Below, piece after piece: positions 8,701 through 15,000 of a stretch of 32,000 nucleotides of DNA. The notes beneath the pieces were generated by a model. That model ran no database searches, was not told where the DNA came from, and was given only the letters and a program-made list of their open reading frames with translations. Made by a program: the position numbers and the translations under genes. Position 1 is the first letter of the stretch, and the number at the start of each line of letters is the position of its first letter. Source of the stretch: Candidatus Peribacter riflensis (GTDB taxonomy: Bacteria > Patescibacteriota > Gracilibacteria > Peribacterales > Peribacteraceae); NCBI GenBank assembly GCA_001430755.1, contig CP013062.1, positions 1,216,027 through 1,248,026 on the forward strand, read 5' to 3'.

Positions 8701-11700
8701 TCCTCCTCCTCCGGGATGCACAACAGAAATGGGTACCACCTGCGGCACCGCCGCCTGTTCCGGCACCTGTTCCCGTATGGTCTGCGCCAGCTCCTCCTCG
8801 AGCAGTGCCGTATCGGTATCCGTGAGCTGCGGCAACGGCATCAAAGACGGCAGTGAGCAGTGCGAAAGCCCCGCAATGCGTCAGACCATGACGACGGGTC
8901 CCCGGCCCGGATGGGTTCGACACGGCGACTTCAACGCGGATGGCTGGCAGGATCTTGTAACGGTCAATTACAGTTCGGATAATGCCAATAATTCCATTTC
9001 CGTTTTTCTCAACAGAGGCGACGGTACATTCTTTACCAAAGTCGATTACCCGTTCACACCGCAGCACCAAGTCTTATCCATAGATGTGTACGATATGAAT
9101 GACGACGGAAAGGTGGATTTCATCGTGAGGAGCGGCGGAAAGCTCCGCGTTCTCAAAGGCAACGGGGACGGTACCTTCCAGTCTCCAGCATCTTTTTTAC
9201 CTGGTGATCCGTTTACCACTGGGATTGGTGCGGCATTCGGCGATTTCAACGAAGACGGGCGCACTGATGTTGTCACCGGCATCACTCTCTCCAGCGGTGT
9301 GCAATTCTTCGCAGGGCAGGGAGGCGGGGCGTTTGCGGCCGGCGTCACTGCTGCCGGATATCCGAGCCACTTGCACATCGTTACTGCGGATTTCGATGCC
9401 GACGGGCATACGGACGTCGCTTTTTTGCCTACCAACAGCGGGAATGATCCTTCCGATGCCACGTTCGAGGGGTCAGTACAGGTGTTGTACGGCAATGGGG
9501 CGGGAGCGTTCACCGCCGTGCCGATTCCGCAACCATCTTCCTCTGTTTCCAACATGATGGGATTTTTCGTCCGGGATGCAAACCTGGACGGACGTCCCGA
9601 TCTCATCGTGCGCGGCAACGGTTCGGTTTCTACCATCTGGATCAACAATGGGAACCGCACGTTTCAGGAGAAGACCACCAACGGGGGCCCAATGGGGGAA
9701 TCACGCGCGTTCTTCGATATCGATGGCGACGGAAAAATGGATGTCATCACGAGTGCCTATTCCACCGGTATGGGCAAGCAGCTGGAGGTACACAAGGGCG
9801 TCGGGGACGGGTCGTTCCAGAACACTGCCAGTTACGTCATTCCACTGCCGCATTCCTATACCTGTCTGATGACCGCTATCATCGGCGCAGATTTCAATCG
9901 TGACGGCAAACTGGACATGGCTGTGGCCCATGGGAATGCCTGCCAGGACAACATCACAAACGCCGATGCCGTCTCGGTATTCCTGAGCCCCTGCGCACCG
10001 GGGCAAACCTGCGCGAATTGTCAGTGCAGCGGCGGCGTGCCGGTTTCTTCCTCAAGCTCCAGTCTTCCGGTGGTCGTTTCCTCCTCCAGCCATTCCTCCA
10101 GTGCCAGCATCATCGTCGGCTCCTCCTCCAGCATCGCCGTGGCCTCGTTCTGTCCGAACGGAGTCATCGAACCTGCGGAGCAGTGCGAGATCGGGTACGC
10201 CTGCCCCACAGGGTCCACGTGCAATTCCTTCTGTGTGTGTTCTGGCGGTGCGTCCTCCTCCTCTTCTATTGTTTCTTCCTTCCCCTCTTCTTCTCTCTCT
10301 TCCATTCCCTCCTCTGTGAGCTCGGCACAGAGCTCCGTTTCGATTGAGGTGTTCTGCGGCAATGCCGTGCTGGAGGGTACCGAGACGTGCGAAGCGAATC
10401 ATCCCTGCCCCACGGGTCAACTCTGCATGAACTGTCTCTGCTCAACACCCAGCTACTGCGGCGACAACGTCGTCAATACGGAGGATGGCGAACAGTGCGA
10501 ATCGGACCCCGACTGTTCGCAGGGTGAAGTGTGCACGTTGAATTGTCTGTGCCATGCAGGCACGGGAGGGAACTGCGGCAATGGGACGATGGAAGCGCTG
10601 GAGCAGTGCGAGCGCAACCATCCGTGCGGAGAAGGAATGCAGTGCCAGGCGTGCCTGTGCGTCGAGGTGCCGCGTTGCGGGAACAACGTCCGTGAGCGAG
10701 GGGAGCAGTGCGAGACGAACGTCTTCTGCCCTGTGGGCTCCTCGTGCGTGAATTGTCTCTGCCAGCAGGGCATGGATTGCGGAGACGGCAATCTGGCTGC
10801 GGGTGAACAGTGTGAGAAGGACAGCCACTGCCTCGAAGGGCAATTCTGCAATATGCTCGCATGCCAGTGCGAAGGAGCCGGCGCAGGGTGCGGCGACGGC
10901 ATGCTGGAGGGCTCGGAACAGTGCGAACTGGGCAGCCCGTGCCAGAACTTCGAAGAAAGCTGCGATCTCTCGACGTGCAGGTGCACGACCGATCCGATCA
11001 TCTCCACGTGCGGCAATGCGATGGTGGATGCCGGCGAAGATTGCGACATCGGCATGCCCTGCGGCGAGGGAGAGATCTGTAATTTTGCCAATTGCCACTG
11101 CATGTCGTGGGCGACGCGCTGTGGCGACGCACAGCTCTCGGAAAATGAGCAGTGCGAGATCGGTCTGCCGTGTGCCGACCTGGCGCAGGCGTGCGACCTG
11201 AGCCGGTGTGTCTGTGCGGCACTGGAACCAGACGCGAGCTGCGGCGATGGTCTGGTGGCTGTCGGCGAGGAGTGCGAGGTGGGCGTTCCCTGTCCATTCG
11301 GGTGGTCCTGCAATTACTCGCGTTGCCAGTGTCTCAATCTGCCGATCTGCGGCGATGGGTCGCAGGATGCCGGAGAACAGTGTGAGGTGACCCTGGCCTG
11401 TTCCGAGAGCGGCATGATGTGCGATTTCTCGCGCTGTCGCTGCGTCGGGAATCTCGTGGCCTGCGGGAACGGCGTGCTTGATCCCGGTGAGCAGTGTGAC
11501 GACGGAGACACGTCTGCCGGTGACGGCTGCGATGCCCGGTGCCAGCGGGAATGGATCACGATGGTGGGCGGAACATCGATCTGCGGCAATGGTATTGTGG
11601 AGCTGCCGGAGGAGTGCGACGACAGTAATGTGCTTTCCGGAGACGGATGCTCGGGTGATTGCCGTTTGGAGATTGGCGGTGTGATACCTAATCTCGATAC

Positions 11701-12034
11701 TCCCGGGTTGAGCATCTCGCCGGAACATGCTGCAGGGCCGACCATTCAGGCAGGACAGATGGCACAGGGCGGACAAATACAGCCGGGTGGCAGTGCGGCA
11801 AGCTCGGGCGTCCCGTCACAGGGTGCCGGAACCGGGCCGGAGACCATCGTCTTCCCCGGGCAGCAGGGTGTAATTTCGCCGTTCGCGCAGCAATCACCTG
11901 CCTACTACGGTTCCGTCATTCCTCCCTTCGCTCCGGTGAGCGGACCTGTGGGGAGCACCGGACCGGCGGCCGTTGCGGTGATCGCGGCGGGGGCGGCGAG
12001 TGGGTGGGCGTGGATGCGGAGACGGCGCAGGTGA
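5720..12034 (+). CDS. Giant surface protein 2 (2104 aa): three FG-GAP/VCBS-type beta-propellers, 13 type-A and 2 type-B Cys-rich repeats, Pro/Gly/Ser spacer, TGP-type C-terminal anchor
   Basis: 6.3 kb ORF. A GTG at 5720 overlaps the upstream TGA (GTGA); an alternative ATG lies at 5729. N-terminal helix IAILLALVVTGMLIG. Many GD.DGDG.(P)DL.VG loops typical of FG-GAP. A FNADG/FNEDG/FDADG propeller. A tandem CG[ND]G..E..EQCE array. Tail GPVGSTGPAAVAVIAAGAASGWAWMRRRRR. Confidence 0.9.
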   Translation: MIRMILSSLRFRQIAILLALVVTGMLIGNFVGSGGRWQAQVAPPAVCGNSRCELGERRTLRIPSLPIFRTENDGEVIIGHAVSYAGDTDGNGAGDLLVVGTEADYGSYDSAARKKVWLVRMEQDGRMKSYSQIAGPEWGYQYAEGGFAAGVTLVQNPQGTPVYAVSSNENSYPNYTAIRFYDQSGGAMGTSGDGITNLPHHVLAGIGDIDGNGIGDLAVANQYADTPYGMGKITVVLLEANYSVKSTHVIASEGDGFGTDDLAMGGRSITALGDLDGDGLKEIAVGNGNTGGGEMGSVYILSLRADGSVADKRLLTPGSDFTLQGELNGFANSLAGVGDWNGDGVPDLAVLSYEYVEHPPLVGSHASPVIHILLLTAQKGVAGTQSFRYADLGAFAGAAVFGNGWPLAAMPDQDGDGKMELILGVPGDGSCGGQISNPQGAVHVILSRAMTACPGDCNFCPQLSYTPARSSRYFFTPGYSTLPPLASCGNSQCNAGEMNPVVLQGADANQPYVALSLFMGTKSLDTLGDFDGDGVDDLVLGGVTQNVAGVDRYGMNEVQIVRLNSNGTQKSVTRIYEGTSGLQTGDADGSYIGAIVASIGDLDADGVRDIAVSAFPQSRTPTSYAVWILLLRSDGTVKSARKIAAGQGGFTGSIAEKFGTALEGIGDFDGDGVPDLAVGDPGYSTYNTAKEGRVHLLMLNRNGTVKSSRTLWASSFTAVPNTSDMLRASHPYIRFGSAVAFLGDVHSDGRKFLAVGGGESVWTMAFNVDGSLNTVKRTQGTAVSPAGDQDGDGKTDLIISYSPDEPAEICPECEPTYDTAWAAYYSVLTDGTLEQLWNASYGSLYLPGGGGTWWGNLPGREVATIRDLDGDQKHEFIMLDSGSFTCRGSSHVGLAWLLFSGSLGPRCEADCASVNFCAVQQQAPVCGNGTAESGEQCGEPGLSCSTGQTCQNCLCVGGTSSSQQSLDGTWVNCPAGWACNKSLDSGVCNTRSLNPPPPGCTTEMGTTCGTAACSGTCSRMVCASSSSSSAVSVSVSCGNGIKDGSEQCESPAMRQTMTTGPRPGWVRHGDFNADGWQDLVTVNYSSDNANNSISVFLNRGDGTFFTKVDYPFTPQHQVLSIDVYDMNDDGKVDFIVRSGGKLRVLKGNGDGTFQSPASFLPGDPFTTGIGAAFGDFNEDGRTDVVTGITLSSGVQFFAGQGGGAFAAGVTAAGYPSHLHIVTADFDADGHTDVAFLPTNSGNDPSDATFEGSVQVLYGNGAGAFTAVPIPQPSSSVSNMMGFFVRDANLDGRPDLIVRGNGSVSTIWINNGNRTFQEKTTNGGPMGESRAFFDIDGDGKMDVITSAYSTGMGKQLEVHKGVGDGSFQNTASYVIPLPHSYTCLMTAIIGADFNRDGKLDMAVAHGNACQDNITNADAVSVFLSPCAPGQTCANCQCSGGVPVSSSSSSLPVVVSSSSHSSSASIIVGSSSSIAVASFCPNGVIEPAEQCEIGYACPTGSTCNSFCVCSGGASSSSSIVSSFPSSSLSSIPSSVSSAQSSVSIEVFCGNAVLEGTETCEANHPCPTGQLCMNCLCSTPSYCGDNVVNTEDGEQCESDPDCSQGEVCTLNCLCHAGTGGNCGNGTMEALEQCERNHPCGEGMQCQACLCVEVPRCGNNVRERGEQCETNVFCPVGSSCVNCLCQQGMDCGDGNLAAGEQCEKDSHCLEGQFCNMLACQCEGAGAGCGDGMLEGSEQCELGSPCQNFEESCDLSTCRCTTDPIISTCGNAMVDAGEDCDIGMPCGEGEICNFANCHCMSWATRCGDAQLSENEQCEIGLPCADLAQACDLSRCVCAALEPDASCGDGLVAVGEECEVGVPCPFGWSCNYSRCQCLNLPICGDGSQDAGEQCEVTLACSESGMMCDFSRCRCVGNLVACGNGVLDPGEQCDDGDTSAGDGCDARCQREWITMVGGTSICGNGIVELPEECDDSNVLSGDGCSGDCRLEIGGVIPNLDTPGLSISPEHAAGPTIQAGQMAQGGQIQPGGSAASSGVPSQGAGTGPETIVFPGQQGVISPFAQQSPAYYGSVIPPFAPVSGPVGSTGPAAVAVIAAGAASGWAWMRRRRR
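5858..7099 (+). repeat. FG-GAP-type propeller 1 of protein 2, bracketed by Cys half-motifs
   Basis: CGNSRCELGE lies upstream. Multiple GD.DG.G.GDL.V loops follow. The downstream flank is ACPGDCNFC. Confidence 0.7.
7181..8470 (+). repeat. FG-GAP-type propeller 2 of protein 2, bracketed by Cys half-motifs
   Basis: CGNSQCNAGE lies upstream. Loops GDFDGDGVDDLVLG, GDLDADGVRDIAVS, GDFDGDGVPDLAVG and GDQDGDGKTDLIIS. The downstream flank is RCEADCASVNFC. Confidence 0.7.
8828..10027 (+). other. Type-A Cys repeat split by an inserted ~370 aa FNADG/VCBS-like beta-propeller (protein 2)
   Basis: First half CGNGIKDGSEQCESP at 8828-8872. Insert with FNADGWQDLV, MNDDGKVDFI, FNEDGRTDVV, FDADGHTDVA, ANLDGRPDLI, IDGDGKMDVI and FNRDGKLDMA. 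Second half SPCAPGQTCANCQC at 9986-10027. Confidence 0.75.
10151..11671 (+). repeat. Thirteen tandem Cys-rich repeats (11 type A, then 2 type B), the main stalk of protein 2
   Basis: In-frame units of ~96-105 bp, e.g. CGNGTMEALEQCERNHPCGEGMQCQACLC and CGDGMLEGSEQCELGSPCQNFEESCDLSTCRC. The array ends with CGNGVLDPGEQCDDGDTSAGDGCDARCQRE and CGNGIVELPEECDDSNVLSGDGCSGDCRLE. Confidence 0.85.
11942..12034 (+). other. Putative C-terminal sorting/anchor signal of protein 2
   Basis: GPVGSTGPAAVAVIAAGAASGWAWMRRRRR followed by the stop. It has three parts: a motif, an Ala/Gly-rich hydrophobic helix and a basic cluster. Confidence 0.6.
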
Positions 12035-12091
12035 TCACGACGGGTGGTGGTTTGCGGGCGTATGTGCTAATTTTGGAGAAACTTCTCACTC

Positions 12092-15000
12092 ATGCGGCAA
12101 CGTATCGCCTTTCTTCCATTCGCATTCATCCTCGTCGCCGGAGTGGCGGTGGCATATGTGCGCGATTTGCCGTTGCGTACGTTGTATGGTGATGTAAACG
12201 GGGAACCCGCACTCCTGTACTGCGATGTCAATACGGGCGACCAGTGCGATATGAGTCATGGATGCCCCGGGATCTCGGGAACGATCTGCAGAGTCTCGGG
12301 CGACTACTGTTACTGCACGACCAACCATCCGGCCTGTGATGCCGTACACACGGCGGACGAGTGCGATGCCACACATCCGTGTTATGAGGGAACCTGCGTG
12401 GAAGACTGGAATCAGTGCCGCTGCATGGCTACTGCCGGGTGTGGAAACGGAACCCTGGATTTCGGTGAGCAGTGCGATGGGGCAGCGGGGTCCTGCTCAC
12501 CAGGCAGCGCCTGCAATCCCGGCTCCTGCACCTGCACCGGCACCGTTCCCTCCGCCGTCTGCGGCGATGGTGTCAAAGAGGGGGCGGAGCAGTGTGACAC
12601 TTCGGACGCGGGTTGTCTTTCGGGGCAGCATTGCGTCGGATGCATCTGCAGTTCCGCTGTCTGCGGAGATGCAAATGTCCAGGATGCATGGGGCGAAACG
12701 TGCGATTTTGCCAGCGTGTGTTCCTCATCCCTCTGCCACTCGTGCAAGTGCAGTACCTGCGGCAACGGAGTGAGAGATCAGGCGGAGGAGTGCGATATGA
12801 ACGCGCCGACCAATACCTGTCCTACGGGGTTCTTCTGCGAGAACTGTCGGTGCGAATATTCCCGGCCGCTCGCGGAAGGAACGTGTGGCAACGCACAGAT
12901 CGATCCCGGAGAAGCGTGTGATCCGGGGATAGTGAATATCGTTGATCCTTGTCCTGGCGAACCGTGGTGTGACATGGAAACCTGCCTCTGCACGGATCAG
13001 CTCGAAATGCGTTTCTGCGGTGATGGCAACGCCGATCCGGGCGAGCAGTGCGGCGAACCGACGCTCGCGGGTAATTGTCTCAACTGTGTCCAGTGCCGTT
13101 GTAGGACTGGCGTTGGCACTGATCCCCAGTGTGGCAATGGTCGTATCCAGCGCGGCGAGCAGTGCGAGAGCACTATCCAGGCCATTCAGAATATTCACGT
13201 ATGCCCCAGCCAGCCAGCCCAGCCCCGTTCCGCCTACTGTGTCTGGGGGGAATGTGCGTGCCGCGACATCACCATTGCCTCCTCGTCTTCTTCAGTCGCC
13301 AATCGAGATTGCACGGATACGGATGCACTCGACACCTTTACCGAGGGCGTGACCGAAATCTGCGTAGTAGGTCAGGCCGGTGGGTGGGTATGCGTTCCAC
13401 ACGGTGATACCTGTGCCAATACCCAGAATGTGACCGAGTATTTCTGTTCCATGGATACGCTAGGGCAACAGAATTACTTCTGCGCGAATGGCTGCCAGGC
13501 GGGGCGTTGTCTGACGGCGCAAGCCTCCTCCTCCACTTCCATTCACTACTCGCCCTTCGGAGCCATCACCGCTGCGGACGCATCGGGCATCACGGGATGG
13601 GTGTGCGATCGTGATAATTTTATGACACCGCTCGCAATCCGTCTGTGGATTGATTCTGTCCCGTCCGCGCAACAAAGCACTGCCGACAGGCCCAGCACCG
13701 CGGCGGCTGCCCAGTGCGATGGATACAACAATCATGGTTTCTACTTTCCGGCGACTTCCGCACTCTGCAACGGCGTCGCACACACTATTCTGGTGACGGC
13801 GGGAGGGATCGGGAGCAGGGGTGAGCTTGCCTCAACGATTGGCCCGCGTCAGCTCCTCTGCACAGCGCCCGCATCCAGTTCTTCCTCTACAGCGTCACTG
13901 TCCTACTCGCCCTTTGGCTCCGTGGATTCTGCGAATGAATCGGTCATCACAGGGTGGGCCTGTGACCGTGATAATTTTGCGACTGCGCTCACGGTGTATC
14001 TGTGGGTGGATTCCGTCCCGACTCCCCTGACATGGATCACTGCGAATACGGTCAGTCCCGTGGGATCACCGTATTGCGGTGGGTACCTCAGTCACGGCTT
14101 CTCCTTCCAGACGCCTGCCTCGCTCTGCGATGGAGTGCAGCATACCGTAGCGGTCACGGCTGCCAACATCGGCAGCAGAGGAACAGATGTGCCTATCGGT
14201 TCATACGCGCTCACCTGCGGTGGATCGTCTTCTTCCCATTCTTCCTCTTCAGGAGTCGCCTCTCCGCCCACGGGGTGGTTCGACTACGCCACATGCGAGC
14301 GGATGGAGGGCTGGTCCTGCGATCTGGATGCCAAGACGCAGTACGTGACGGTGGATATTTACGCCAACGGCCCCAAGGGGCAGGGAACGAAAGTACTGAC
14401 AACAACCGCGAACACGGATCGTGCGGCGATTGTCGGGGAAATCTGCGGCAATGGACCTTCCAATCACGGATTCAATATTCCGCTTCCTGCATCACTCAAA
14501 GATGGCCAGCCCCACACCCTCTATGCGTATGCACGCGACATCGTCGGCGGAGCGGCCGATGTCCTCCTCTTCATGGGAACCGAAGCGCCGTACGTAACGC
14601 CGAAAACGGTGACATGCGCTGCTCCCGTCTCCTCTTCCTCTTCCTCTTCCTCTTCATCGCAATCTTCCACGCACCGGGACTGCCTGGGCCCCGGAGGCAC
14701 CATGATTTCAGTGCCCATTGATCAGCCCTGCCCCCCGTTATCTTCCAGTTCCTCTTCGCGCTCCTCCATACCGCAGGTCGTTCATCCTCCCGTGGGACAA
14801 TTCGATACTGCGACCTGCCAGTCGCTGGATGGATGGGCGTGTGATGAAGATAATTTTTTGACGAAACTTACCATTGATATCTACATGGACGGACCGGTAG
14901 GAGTGGGGACAAAAGTGCTGACGACGGTTGCAGATGATCCGAGCAGCATCGGCATTTTGGAGCTGTGCGGCAATCAGCCCAACCACGGATTCACTGTTGC

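Noticed and set aside
10151-11671. A regular ~96-105 bp periodicity that could be taken for a CRISPR array or a noncoding tandem repeat.
   Set aside because: The units are in-frame and of variable length, and they are conserved as peptide (Cys spacing), not as exact DNA repeats. There are no short identical direct repeats with unique spacers and no cas genes.
10442-11776. A 444 aa minus-strand ORF, together with several 100-290 aa alternative-frame ORFs across the gene 2 stalk.
   Set aside because: They are antisense or off-frame readings of the periodic Cys-repeat DNA. They have no start context and no domain signal, and they lie entirely inside a 6.3 kb ORF with strong repeat logic.
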